Shown here piece by piece: positions 47,001 to 55,147 of a stretch of 56,474 bases of DNA. Each line of letters begins with the position of its first letter. Position 1 is the stretch's first letter. Origin of the DNA: an uncultured Collinsella sp. GTDB taxonomy: Bacteria; Actinomycetota; Coriobacteriia; Coriobacteriales; Coriobacteriaceae. A program made the position numbers and the translations under genes. Location of the stretch: the NCBI GenBank assembly GCA_902478985.1, contig CABSNH010000001.1, forward strand, positions 1 to 56,474, read 5' to 3'. Below the pieces are notes generated by a model. It was given only the letters and a program-made list of their open reading frames with translations. It made no database searches and had not been told where the DNA came from.

Positions 47001-48277
47001 TTCCCACCAGTGCCGGTACCGTTGAGATGCTCAGCAAGTCTTCGGGCGATGTGCTCGGAAAGGTTTCGGTTGGTGCTGTTGTCAACTCCACCTGCGTGCT
47101 TTCGGCTGACGGCAGCCATGCCTATCTAATCTCGCGCGACGGCAAGCTGCACGTCTTGGCGATTTCTGATGGCGACTCACGCGATGCGGATGCCGCTTCG
47201 CGTATTACCGAGGAGCGTGTGGTCGACCTTGGCCTTACGGGATGTGCATGCGTGCCTACGACGACGTATGATGGCAAGCTGATTGTTGGCGGCGAGGTTG
47301 CTGGCGGCTCTGCGCTGGCGATTATTGATCCGGCCAACAACTTTGCCAAGACGCTGGTTTCGTCTGCTGATGGCACTGCGCTTCCTGCTGGCGGCATCAA
47401 GGGCGCTCCGCTCGTGAGTGTTCAGGGCAAAGACGCGTATGTCTACTTCACGGTTAACTACGGCGAGAGCCCTGATTTCGTTAACTACACCTCGGGCGGT
47501 GGCGTATATCGTTACAAGGTGGGTGACACCGAGGCTTCTGGTGTGTTTAGCGCAACGGGCCACTACAACTTCTGTGACTCGCCAATCGCTTGTGATGCCC
47601 AGGGCAACTTGTACTACATCAACGACTCTGGCACGCTGTTCAAACTGAATGCTGGCGTTAAGGTTTCGTTTAGCGCTGGCGAGGGGTCCAAGGTCGATTT
47701 TCAGACTACGGCCGCCAACGGCTCTATCGCCAAGCCTGCCGATCCGACGCGCAAAGGCTACACCTTCGCTGGTTGGTATACCGACGAGGCTTGTACGGAG
47801 GCATATGACTTTAGCGTTGCGGTGACGGCTGATATGACGCTGTATGCCAAGTGGATCAAGAATGCTGTTAACCCTGGTGGTAACGGTGGTTCTGGCTCCG
47901 CTGGCGGCAACGGCGGTTCGGGTAATGCCGGTGCTGGTTCTGGCTCCGGTAACGGCACAAACGGCCAGCAGGCTGGCGGTGCTGTTGCTCCGGGTAAGAA
48001 GCCGGTGTCGTCTACCACGACTACGACCGAGACCAAGGACGATAAGGATTCCAAGAAGAAATCCGATAAGTCCGGCAAGAAGGACAAGAAGTCCAGCAAG
48101 AAGGATGACAAGTCCGGCAAGTCCGACACGGGCTCGTCTGCATCGACCGCTGCCAAGAAGTCCGCTGCGGCTCCCTCGCAGCAGTCTGGCTTCAATCCGC
48201 TCGCCATTGCCGGCGTGGCGGCCGGCGTGATCGGGCTTGCGGTCATCGGCATGTTCGTATTCACCAAGCGTCGGTAG
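41075..48277 (+). CDS. Giant surface protein: signal peptide, Ig-like repeats, 3x DUF4430 (transcobalamin-like), beta-propeller, InlB-B/Flg_new repeat, C-terminal TM anchor
   Basis: AGGAG RBS before ATG 41075; repeated YQWQ...IxGAT..T.T.....GKYL units; three W..F.NG....GA..Y.L..GD...W.Y units (about 45320-46370); PTRKGYTFAGWY..YDF..VT.DMTLYAKW; TM + KRR tail. Confidence 0.85.
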   Translation: MDMFEDECQRASWRRHGAIARGVAKRGLVAFLAFAMAFGTTPAQLWAEGAEGIAEAVAQATTGGEGAAADDGTAADTGANGAAVEDGTGTSDAAAGQGATSGAAKGDDAAGDAAESDSSAAMPAAASEQGELKAAAASATTLSSEAKVFIQDTKDKDNSYSTKSGALSADDTLWANMYDEVEDDWYGTSTESVANPGTWTYTWLAGTTRHSSNVADYTEVVGHEQSLTVTAAMEGKYFICKVTVDGKDYYGPSVSSGSGINANFIPGPVLGAGQMELSSVKLSSDTPSIGDTLTATPYKDWSSPAGSDAKVTYTWSASTSQSSGFTKIEGATGAALTLTDDLEGKYVRVEATAGVNTVSKTTSSKVKQAGAVEISAVSIINTKDNTSVFAVGDTAKARAKEKGGAYGAFVDASKLNYQWQCSGTKSGKYTDIAGATGETLELTDALGGKYLKCKVSSKIGSSSMTNSTGALVAAAGSINVSSVTMSPTSGKVEVGSTITATAKAGSTDVTTDSHVTWQWYKGTAKYASSCNTPIEGETGNTLTVTAALKGYYVVAKANGGYGEEKPYYAAGPVSVAGQVELYDVQFEGSPATNGVHVGDKLKTKVRKKDGSKYSYIDRTDNVTYQWQYANSSSSFDSAYTDIPGATEATYTVDAAYAGKYLRVKVTSENTVFSTQKKSSSGGTQSVAPLGPVTLKGQYKLAGIELADKNVTLSVGSKITPSVQVPGPWSGSTKDVPDDADITMAWYASENGTDWTELTDGVDTTDGSLTITDALVGKKIKVTASALDNTVEWVSPDSVTAAGEYNLLRVTTTPQINSESTHLVSGDSVKATAQAKRADGSATNGIDVTGQATVVWYAADDAKAPAADWTLLSDMSGATATVSASAAGKYLKAVATSGSSTVELVSANKVIAAGSLEAAVQKLNDANKQIVVDYSAKGGNVNDALKAQLADLGFTDVDVKVSEGGVLFKAEDAKTTVGISDAQGKTNGDVTFFFIDPNDYTGYNIDGLRSADVVFELSRDGKTEYYQPSKSVQVAWDEARVQQMLDDAAQKVAIGYAAGDSAESVTSNLTLPYRVGSKSKFEVSWKSSDGDVIWPSGYGWDDYTGKVTRVSSDRTVTLTATVSFVSGGPSDVKGSHDFAVTVKGDPEKVVADKKALQEKVDAAFTYDNIKYFDTKTVANKDGLTADLQMPRTSTLNIDGKYYEVKYSASTDDITFNGYKGTVYQPLPGKEAAKTKITLTVTDKSNAEVTASKTLDFAISPQDQGELDAELSLMEKAKAGYAAAILNGQDANAVSADMHAFQKAYLDADGNLAWSYNKTTTDSTSLGIVPEDLPGYDAMSGQDWRQFKSSNSSIVSAENLKVTQPQYNTKVVVSSRLTSEKYARYAERYPDNVTYAKLANQDVSATLTVVGTSGQNSPEVTATCSVIGVDAKGKQQTWAAASQYTLKNGSTAADLSEELFKQSGLKADYDPNGSWGWVLNSITSPFDADRTLAYDHATGAYWQLFINGVAASVGAGNYKLEAGDSVVWCYSKYGDAAPTDQLSVSCTVVGQDASGAQQTWAQPTTSLVEEGATAADLSEQVFKQVGIGADTGTGSYGWFLNSLTSPFEKNVTLSTEQVNESTWKYWQFFVNGKMANVGAGNYTLKAGDEIAWVYGSDGTMPGQVSVSMEIIGKKDDKAQRWTDPSKQVFVGGTTVKDATAAYFDALGIKSEMYDQLGFWGVHSLVSPLDGTKLAGAWSYFVNGVPGSQLDSDYVLKSRDKIVWAYAAGDTVPNPDEVVVNPSAPRPTDWKSDWDGKSNAAVENVSTPTGALASSWTFDWKAYSGSAYPNASEPIVVNGNVYLAVNKRLLKIDAKSGKVLAESNLKTAVGYTSRPIYANGLVIVPLDGGAVQALTADALTTVWVTDSVSETAQSNSQLTIDGNYLYVGTVDVDYGKGTYNNGHLTRINILTGAVSWQHVNADEGYYWTGATVGDDFVLVPTSAGTVEMLSKSSGDVLGKVSVGAVVNSTCVLSADGSHAYLISRDGKLHVLAISDGDSRDADAASRITEERVVDLGLTGCACVPTTTYDGKLIVGGEVAGGSALAIIDPANNFAKTLVSSADGTALPAGGIKGAPLVSVQGKDAYVYFTVNYGESPDFVNYTSGGGVYRYKVGDTEASGVFSATGHYNFCDSPIACDAQGNLYYINDSGTLFKLNAGVKVSFSAGEGSKVDFQTTAANGSIAKPADPTRKGYTFAGWYTDEACTEAYDFSVAVTADMTLYAKWIKNAVNPGGNGGSGSAGGNGGSGNAGAGSGSGNGTNGQQAGGAVAPGKKPVSSTTTTTETKDDKDSKKKSDKSGKKDKKSSKKDDKSGKSDTGSSASTAAKKSAAAPSQQSGFNPLAIAGVAAGVIGLAVIGMFVFTKRR

Positions 48278-49174
48278 GTGAGGGCTGTGTCCAGTAAGCC
48301 ACAGGACGCCGAGTCCAAGCAGCCCGACTCGTCGTTCATCCAGCTTGACGATGCAAAGCAAAAGGGCGCCGCTTCGGTGGCGCCCGCCCCGCGGCGTAAG
48401 GCGCTTGTTGGCGTCCTGACGGCCGTCTGCACCGTTTTGATCGTTGTGTCGCTAGGCTTTGTCCAGCCTTCTTCCAGCGGTGCTTGGTCCATCGATTGGA
48501 TCACTCGGGCCGTGGCGGGGAAGAGCGTTGCCGACTCTGGCTCTGCTGCCTCTCACAAGACAGAGGCGGGTTCCTCGTCTTCTGATGCCGTGGACTCTGA
48601 ATCCAAGAAGTCGGATGAATCGGATTCCAAGGACGATTCCGAATCTTCGGACAAGGACGCAAAAAAGGATTCGAAGGAGAAGAAGTCCGAAGGCAAGAAC
48701 GGCAAGACGTCCAACAACGCGTCTGCTGGACAGGGCTCCGAATCCGCCGGTGGATCGAGTTCTTCTGACGGCTCTTCTTCGGGCGGCGGCTCGGTATCTG
48801 GCGGTGGATCTGCATCCAACAGTGGCGGCGCCTCTGCGGGCAATCAGGGCGGCTCGCAGCAGTCTGGCTACGTTACGGTGACGGTTGCGGTCACATCGAG
48901 CGCCGTGGGCAATCCTGTGTCTTCTGGTGGCACCTTCACCTTTAACGAGGGCGCAACTGCCTACGATGCCCTGTGCGCCTTGGGCCTTTCCGTGAATGCG
49001 CATGGCTCGTCGTACGGCACGTATGTCGCAGCTATCGGCGGTTTGGCCGAGAAGGAGCATGGTGGCACGAGCGGCTGGATGTACTCCGTTAACGGTGTGG
49101 CGCCCAACACGGCGTGCAGCAACTACGTCCTATCTAACGGCGACAGCGTAGTCTGGTATTACGTAACGGGCTAA
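48278..49174 (+). CDS. Membrane-anchored DUF4430 domain protein
   Basis: N-terminal TM, long Ser/Gly/Asp/Lys linker, C-terminal ATAYDAL...YVAAIGGLAEKEHGGTSGWMYSVNG...Y.L..GD.VVWYY; start could be GTG at 48287. Confidence 0.88.
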   Translation: MRAVSSKPQDAESKQPDSSFIQLDDAKQKGAASVAPAPRRKALVGVLTAVCTVLIVVSLGFVQPSSSGAWSIDWITRAVAGKSVADSGSAASHKTEAGSSSSDAVDSESKKSDESDSKDDSESSDKDAKKDSKEKKSEGKNGKTSNNASAGQGSESAGGSSSSDGSSSGGGSVSGGGSASNSGGASAGNQGGSQQSGYVTVTVAVTSSAVGNPVSSGGTFTFNEGATAYDALCALGLSVNAHGSSYGTYVAAIGGLAEKEHGGTSGWMYSVNGVAPNTACSNYVLSNGDSVVWYYVTG

Positions 49175-49197
49175 ATGCCTCGACATAACACGCCATG

Positions 49198-49234
49198 CGG
49201 GCGGTTCGGACAAACATCCGGGCCGCCCGTTTTT
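49198..49234 (+). terminator. Rho-independent terminator ending the B12-regulated operon
   Basis: CGGGCGGTTCGGA-CAAACA-TCCGGGCCGCCCG-TTTTT. Confidence 0.85.
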
Positions 49235-49273
49235 CATGCGTAGAGGACTGGGTCGCCGGATCTCTCGGCAAAC

Positions 49274-49307
49274 AAAAAACCGGTTGGAACGAGAATTCCA
49301 ACCGGTT
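49274..49307 (-). terminator. Rho-independent terminator for the GtrA gene
   Basis: A-run then AACCGGTTGGAA...TTCCAACCGGTT. Confidence 0.8.
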
Positions 49308-49333
49308 ATACCTTCAAGCTAATGTCGAGCAAA

Positions 49334-49741
49334 CTACGACTGCGCGCCCTCGAGGAAGAAGCGACGGCTAAAGTAGTTATACCAGGTGACCAGGAACGTG
49401 GCGATGGCCTTCATGGCCTGGTAGCCGATGCTCAAAAACGTGACGCCCACAAACATGTACAGGTCGTTGAGACCCAGACCAATCACCGACAGGATGGTGA
49501 AGATCGTAAACTCGCGCTTGCGGCTCATGCCCTCGCGATGGTCGAACACGTACTTCATGCTGAGCCAGTAGTTAACCACGACGGACGTGGTAAACGAGAT
49601 CGTGGTGCTCATCAAAAAGTCGACGTGGAACAGCTCGACGAGCGCAATGAGCATGCCCCAGTCGATGCCAAAGGAGATAAGACCCACGACAGCGAACTTG
49701 AGGAACTGCTTGGTATGAGGTTGTGCCAGTGCCTTGCGCAC
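49334..49741 (-). CDS. GtrA family protein (copy 1)
   Basis: QFLKFAVVGLISFGIDW...VNYWLSMKYVF...NYFSRRFFL; GTG start inferred. Confidence 0.88.
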   Translation of the reverse strand: MRKALAQPHTKQFLKFAVVGLISFGIDWGMLIALVELFHVDFLMSTTISFTTSVVVNYWLSMKYVFDHREGMSRKREFTIFTILSVIGLGLNDLYMFVGVTFLSIGYQAMKAIATFLVTWYNYFSRRFFLEGAQS

Positions 49742-49961
49742 GTAATCACATCCAATGCGTTGATGAATCGAGCAACGAGATACTTTAGGGCTTTTGCATG
49801 GGAAACGTAAGGTCTTTGGCAAGAACTATACGAACTCGCCAAATATTCAAGAGGTAATCCGCAAACGTTGCAAATCTTCCCGCAAACGAGCAGGGCCCAC
49901 GAACAACGCAGTGCTCGACGTGCGTCATCCGTGGATCCCGTAGCTGTGCGGAAAAGTCGAG

Positions 49962-50357
49962 CTACTTGGTCTCGTCGCCCTCCAGGAAGATCTTTCGGGT
50001 CACAAAGTTGTAGACCATAACAAGCGCGGTGGCGCAAATCTTGGCGATATTGGCCTCGAGCCCCAGGCCGGCGTTGAGCGCCAGCACGATACCGTCGTTG
50101 AGTGCCAAGCCAATAACGGACAACACGACAAAGATGATGAACTCGCGGCGGCGGCTCATGCCCTCCTTGTGTGCAAATACGTACTTCATGCTCGCGACGT
50201 AGTTAAAGATGAGCGAGACGATAAAGCCACTGGTGTTGGCGATCAGGATATTGAGGCCCAGGCCGTAGTGGAGCAGATTCATGATGCCAAAGTCGATGAC
50301 GGTGGCAATGACGCCGACGACGCCAAACTTCATGATCTGCGCAAGGAGCTTTTGCAT
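49962..50357 (-). CDS. GtrA family protein (copy 2)
   Basis: QIMKFGVVGVIATVIDF...FNYVASMKYVF...YNFVTRKIFL. Confidence 0.9.
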   Translation of the reverse strand: MQKLLAQIMKFGVVGVIATVIDFGIMNLLHYGLGLNILIANTSGFIVSLIFNYVASMKYVFAHKEGMSRRREFIIFVVLSVIGLALNDGIVLALNAGLGLEANIAKICATALVMVYNFVTRKIFLEGDETK

Positions 50358-50435
50358 GGTACCTGCCTTAGGGTGGCGCCGGGGCGCCGTGGGGATGACA
50401 AACTCAGCAAGTTTAGCCAATCCACGCAGGCGGGG

Positions 50436-52352
50436 CTAGACGCGCTCCTCGATAGCACCGTTTCTATATGCATCGAGCAGTTGGCGCAGGTCCTGGATCT
50501 GGCTGCGAATCTTGACGCCGGTATCGGTGTCGCTCACCATGCGGCGCCGGTCGGCCTCGTCAAAGCGGTTGGTCTCGCTTTCGATGTCGATGTTGCGGGT
50601 GAGCGCTTCGGCAACCGTTGTAAAGGCCTGGTGCGACTTGAGGCGGCATCCGCGCGAGCTCGAGATGAGCGTGTAGCCGGCGATGCCTGTTTTGGGATGG
50701 TAGGCGCGACAGAAACCGCCATCGATGACCAGCAGCTTACCGTTGGCGCGGATGGGCTGCTCGCCTTTGGTGGTCTTGACCGGGGTGTGGCCGTTGATGA
50801 TGTGGCCCGTCGGCGAGCAGGCCATGGGTGCGACGCCAAACTCGCGCATGATATCGTCGCAAACGGACGAGGACGTGGTGAGCGTATAGTACGGGTCCAT
50901 CGGCTCGACCCACGTGTTCTTGTCGGCGATGTAGGCGCGCTCGAACGTGCGCACCACGCGTCCGCTGGCGGGTGAGTTAAAGCCGATCCACAGGTACCAC
51001 ATCCAGTCGAGGGCATCGCGGTCGCCGACGCGCCAGGCGCGGCGGGCGATATAGTCGCAAAAATCAAAATAATCGCGGCCGGCATGCCAGGTTCCCAGGC
51101 AGTTCATGCTGCTAAAGGTGCCGTCTTCGTTGAGCGGCACGCAGCCGTGGAAGAGCAGATTGCCGTTGGCGACCTTATACATGGAGCCGTGGGTATAGAG
51201 GAAATCGATGTGGCGATGCAAGTGATCGGCGGTGACAAACTCGGACACGAGCTTGTCGATGATGTGCTGCTCCTCGGGCGTGAGCGTGTAGGGGTCCGCC
51301 GGATCGACGGTGGGGAAGTCGTTGGTCGTGAGCGGCCACACGCTGCCGTCGGCGAGGGTGACTGTGCCGGCGTCATGATCGATCTTGTCGAGCAGCAGGC
51401 GGTCGGCCATATCGAACTCGGGGTGGCGCTGGATAATCTGGCCCTCGAGCTTAAAGAGCAGGACATTAATGGCTTTGATCAGCGGGCTTATCGGCTCGCC
51501 AGCGGTATAGGTGGCGTCGGCGAAGGCGACAAGCTCGCGCAGCGAGATGCCATAGTCGTTCTCGAGAATCTCGTAGTTGTCGTAGCGCAGGTTGTTGCGC
51601 AGCACCGTGGCGATGCAGGCGGGCTCACCGGCCGCAGCACCCATCCACAGCAGATCGTGGTTACCCCACTGAATATCGAGCGAATGATAGGTGAGCAGGC
51701 GGTCCATAATCTTGGCCGCACCGCCGCCACGGTCGAAGATGTCGCCCACCAAGTGCAGGTGGTCGACGGCGAGGCGCTTGATGAGCGAGGCAAGCGACTC
51801 GATAAAGTCGTCGGCGCTGGCGGTCTCCAGAATGGATTCGATAATGCGCTCGTGATACCGCACGCGGTAGTTGTTCTCATCCGGATGCGTGTGCAGCAAC
51901 TCGTCGATGATGTAGGCGTAATCACGCGGGATGGCCTTACGCACCTTGGAGCGGGTGTAGCGACTCGAAAGCGAGCGGGCAACCACAATGAGCTGGTCGA
52001 GCATGGTCTTGTACCAGGTGGGCGAGTCCTCGCGCCGGCTGCGGACAAGATCGATCTTCTCGCGCGGATAGTAGATGAGCGTGCACAGCTCGCCCTTTTC
52101 GTCAAAGGAGAGCGTGTCGCCAAAGATCTCGTCGACATGCTCGCGTACGACGCCCGAGCAGTTGTTGAGGATGTGCATAAAGGCTTCGTACTCGCCATGC
52201 ACATCGCTCATAAAATGCTCGGTGCCCTTGGGCAGGTTGAGGATGGCCGAGAGGTTGATGATCTCGGTGAATGCGGATTGCTCGGTGGGGAACTGTCTCG
52301 ACAGCAGGCGCAGATACTTGAAGTCTTGCGGGTTGCGATCGAATGCGACCAT
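50436..52352 (-). CDS. fbp: Fructose-1,6-bisphosphatase class 3
   Basis: EIINLSAILNLPKGTEHFMSDVHGE, GDIFDRG, QWGNHD, IINGHTPVK, VIDGGF..AY...TGIAGYTLI. Confidence 0.95.
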   Translation of the reverse strand: MVAFDRNPQDFKYLRLLSRQFPTEQSAFTEIINLSAILNLPKGTEHFMSDVHGEYEAFMHILNNCSGVVREHVDEIFGDTLSFDEKGELCTLIYYPREKIDLVRSRREDSPTWYKTMLDQLIVVARSLSSRYTRSKVRKAIPRDYAYIIDELLHTHPDENNYRVRYHERIIESILETASADDFIESLASLIKRLAVDHLHLVGDIFDRGGGAAKIMDRLLTYHSLDIQWGNHDLLWMGAAAGEPACIATVLRNNLRYDNYEILENDYGISLRELVAFADATYTAGEPISPLIKAINVLLFKLEGQIIQRHPEFDMADRLLLDKIDHDAGTVTLADGSVWPLTTNDFPTVDPADPYTLTPEEQHIIDKLVSEFVTADHLHRHIDFLYTHGSMYKVANGNLLFHGCVPLNEDGTFSSMNCLGTWHAGRDYFDFCDYIARRAWRVGDRDALDWMWYLWIGFNSPASGRVVRTFERAYIADKNTWVEPMDPYYTLTTSSSVCDDIMREFGVAPMACSPTGHIINGHTPVKTTKGEQPIRANGKLLVIDGGFCRAYHPKTGIAGYTLISSSRGCRLKSHQAFTTVAEALTRNIDIESETNRFDEADRRRMVSDTDTGVKIRSQIQDLRQLLDAYRNGAIEERV

Positions 52353-52380
52353 GAGGCACCTTCCGATGTGGTTGGTAAAA

Positions 52381-52481
52381 CTGATAAAACAGCGTCAAAC
52401 GTTTATCAGTATGCGCTGCTTTTGTTTCGATTGGAGATGGGAGGTCGAATTGTTGGCCGAACGGTTTGGTAAATCGATTTA
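52381..52481. promoter_or_regulatory. Cluster of CG-centred palindromes (LacI-type operator candidates)
   Basis: AAACGTTT (52397-52404) inside CTGATAAA...TTTATCAG; TAAATCGATTTA (52470-52481). Confidence 0.45.
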
Positions 52482-52670
52482 GTTGAGGTGGATATGGCGG
52501 TTGAATGGAGACGCGGGGTCGTTTTGCAGGCGCATGCCTCCTGGATCGATAGAGAGGATGACGGTAAAGATGTTCACTACCTTTGGTTCAATTTGGTAAA
52601 TAGTGGACATTTGTACTGTATTCACGCTTGCTGTGCAATAATTTACGCAGTAATAAGTAAGGAGCCTCAT

Positions 52671-53561
52671 ATGAGTGATTTTGTCCTGACCTGTGAATCC
52701 GCCGCCGACCGAACCCGCGAGTTCTTTGAATCGCGCAATATCCCTGTCGTGTGTTTTCACTACGAGATCGACGATGTTGTCTATACGGACGATCTGTATC
52801 AGTCGATTGCGCCGGACGAGTTTTTTGCCCAGATTGCCGCGGGCGCCATGCCCAAGACGTCTCAGGTGAGCGTGGGTGAGTACGAGGAGTTTTGGGAGCC
52901 ATTTGTTGCCGAGGGTAAAGACGTGCTGCACCTGGCGTTGTCGTCGGGTATTTCGGGCACGTATGGATCGGCCTGCGTTGCGGCGCAGATGCTTGCGGAT
53001 CGCTATCCCCAGGGCGGCAAGGTACGCGTCATCGACTCGCTGGCGGCGTCTTCGGGCTTTGGCCTGCTGGCGGAATGTGCCGCCGACGTTCGCGATAGCG
53101 GCGCTTCGCTCGACGAGACGGCCGCTTGGATTGAGGAGCATAAACTCAACCTGCACCACTGGTTCTTCTCGACCGATTTGTCGAGTTACCTGCGCGGCGG
53201 TCGCATTTCGGCCGCGAGCGCGATCATCGGCACGGCGCTCAAGATTTGCCCGCTTATGACGGTCGATTGCGAAGGTGAGCTGGCGCCACGCGAGAAGATT
53301 CGCACCAAGAAGCGCGCGATCTCCGAGATGGCCAAGACCGTGATGGCGCATGTGCAGGACGGCGCGAACTATTCGGGCAAGTGCATCATGTCGCACTCGG
53401 CGTGCCGCGAGGACGCCGAGGCCGTTGCGGCACTGATAGAGGAACAGGTTCCGCAGCTCAAAGGCAAGATTGAGATCAATAGCATCGGTGCTCTGATTGG
53501 CTCGCATACCGGCCCCGGCACGGTGGCCGTCTTCTTTATGGGTGACAAGCGCGTGGACTAA
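52671..53561 (+). CDS. DegV family fatty-acid-binding protein
   Basis: PKTSQ, LSSGISGTY.SA, VIDS..AS.G, YL.GGRIS, IGSHTGPG; AAGGAG RBS. Confidence 0.94.
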   Translation: MSDFVLTCESAADRTREFFESRNIPVVCFHYEIDDVVYTDDLYQSIAPDEFFAQIAAGAMPKTSQVSVGEYEEFWEPFVAEGKDVLHLALSSGISGTYGSACVAAQMLADRYPQGGKVRVIDSLAASSGFGLLAECAADVRDSGASLDETAAWIEEHKLNLHHWFFSTDLSSYLRGGRISAASAIIGTALKICPLMTVDCEGELAPREKIRTKKRAISEMAKTVMAHVQDGANYSGKCIMSHSACREDAEAVAALIEEQVPQLKGKIEINSIGALIGSHTGPGTVAVFFMGDKRVD

Positions 53562-53622
53562 CGTTTGTGGGCTGGCTGACGGTTTTAACGGCTACGCCTG
53601 TTCTCCTGACATTCGATAACAG

Positions 53623-53658
53623 AAAAAGGCCCGTCCCGTTGTTTGCGGGGCAGGCCTT
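53623..53658 (-). terminator. Terminator between convergent genes
   Basis: AAAAAGGCCCGTCCCG...CGGGGCAGGCCTT. Confidence 0.65.
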
Positions 53659-53668
53659 GCTGTTGCGG

Positions 53669-54760
53669 CTAGCGTTTCTTTCCGCGGAAGAAGAAACCGT
53701 GCAGCGAGGGCTTGAGTCCGCGGTTGGCGCGACGCTCCTCGATATGATCATGGATCGAAGCGACGCGTTCGATGACTTCGTCGGGGATCGGCACGTCGGG
53801 ATTCATGTTCTCGACCTGGCTAACCTCGGCGGCGGTGACCTGGTCGATAATGGGCACATCGTCGCGCGAGATGACAGGTGTGGCGTCTTCCTTCATCTTG
53901 CGATAGCGCTGCATCATGTCGGTCTGAAGCTGCTGGGCCGAAGGCGGCGTCCAGATGATGGCGTTGGCGCCGGCGGCTATGGTTTCGCGGATGCTCTCGG
54001 GCGTTTTGCCGCCCGGTGCGATGAGCGGCAGGTTGGGATAGTGCTCGCGCAGTTCACGCAGGACCTGCGGCGTGTTCTTGCCGGCCGCGATGTTGAGGAT
54101 CTTGGCTCCGGCGCGCACCTTGGCATGCGCATCGTCGTCGCAGCGAACGACCGTGGCGATGACGGGGATATCGGCGATGTTGGTGATGTGCTCGACCATC
54201 TCGGCGGTAGCGGGGGAGTTGACCACGCAGCCCGCCGCGCCCTGCATCTCGGATACGGCCGCCATCTGCACGGAACGCTTACCGGTGGTGGTGCCGCCGC
54301 CAACGCCCACAAAGACCGGGCACTCGGCAACAGTCAGCAGCGCCTGCGTAATGGCGGGCTGCGGCGTGAAGGGGTAGACGGCAAACACGGCATCGGCATT
54401 TGAATTGCGGATGACCGCCACGTCGGTGGTGTAGATGAGCGATTTGATGCGGCGGCCAAAGAGCGTAAAGCCGCTGGCCTCTTCGATCTCATCGGGCATG
54501 CGGAGGGCCGCCTTGCGCAGGCGCCCGTCGATGGGCAGCGGCTCCATGGGCAAAAGGCCGTTGGGAGTTACGGCCACCTGGGGCTCGGTAAATTCGTCTG
54601 CAAGCTCTACCTCGGAGAAGTCGACCGAGGCGACGATGTCCTCGTGAACCTCGGCGGGAACATCGATGGGGGCTTGGTCGTTCGTCGCGGCAGGCGTCTC
54701 GAAGGAGCTGGTGCCGACAAAGGCGTCGACGCGCTCGTTCAAATCGTTGAGAGAATCCAT
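53669..54760 (-). CDS. Hypothetical TIM-barrel-like protein with acidic N- and C-terminal extensions
   Basis: IKSLIYTTDVAVIRN.NADAV.AVYPFTPQP, VGVGGGTTTG, IAPGG...AGANAI phosphate-binding-barrel pattern. Confidence 0.7.
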   Translation of the reverse strand: MDSLNDLNERVDAFVGTSSFETPAATNDQAPIDVPAEVHEDIVASVDFSEVELADEFTEPQVAVTPNGLLPMEPLPIDGRLRKAALRMPDEIEEASGFTLFGRRIKSLIYTTDVAVIRNSNADAVFAVYPFTPQPAITQALLTVAECPVFVGVGGGTTTGKRSVQMAAVSEMQGAAGCVVNSPATAEMVEHITNIADIPVIATVVRCDDDAHAKVRAGAKILNIAAGKNTPQVLRELREHYPNLPLIAPGGKTPESIRETIAAGANAIIWTPPSAQQLQTDMMQRYRKMKEDATPVISRDDVPIIDQVTAAEVSQVENMNPDVPIPDEVIERVASIHDHIEERRANRGLKPSLHGFFFRGKKR

Positions 54761-54952
54761 GGCGGTCCGTTTCTATGTTGTGCGGTCGGCAGTGTACGAC
54801 CGGCGTTGCGAGTGCTAAATCGTTTGACGAGTTGATTTTTCCCCGCTGCGCCATCCGTTAGACTGAAGGGCCCGCGAACGTGAAGGAGCTGTGGTGGCGG
54901 GAATCGAGGTGCTATCTTGAATGTCCCGTATACAAAAGAGAGGTGACGCGGT

Positions 54953-55123
54953 ATGGAATTTTCGGCAATGTTAGGCTCGATTGGCCTATGCGTGGGCGCA
55001 ATCGTTGCCGCCGCGGTCATCTACTTTGCGGTCACGGCCATTAAGGGCAAAAAGGCCGAGCGCAAGGAGCGTGAAGCGCTTGCGCGGCATAAGGACCAGC
55101 AGGACAGGCACGCACGGCGATAG
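54953..55123 (+). CDS. Small single-TM protein (56 aa)
   Basis: GAGAGGTG RBS; MEFSAMLGSIGLCVGAIVAAAVIYFAVTAIKGKKAERKERE...; not in the ORF track. Confidence 0.7.
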   Translation: MEFSAMLGSIGLCVGAIVAAAVIYFAVTAIKGKKAERKEREALARHKDQQDRHARR

Positions 55124-55147
55124 CTTGTTGAGTTTTGGATCCGTGCG

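Noticed and set aside
47870..48170. Gly/Asn- and Lys/Asp-rich low-complexity DNA as a separate repeat element
   Set aside because: It is the coding linker before the membrane anchor.
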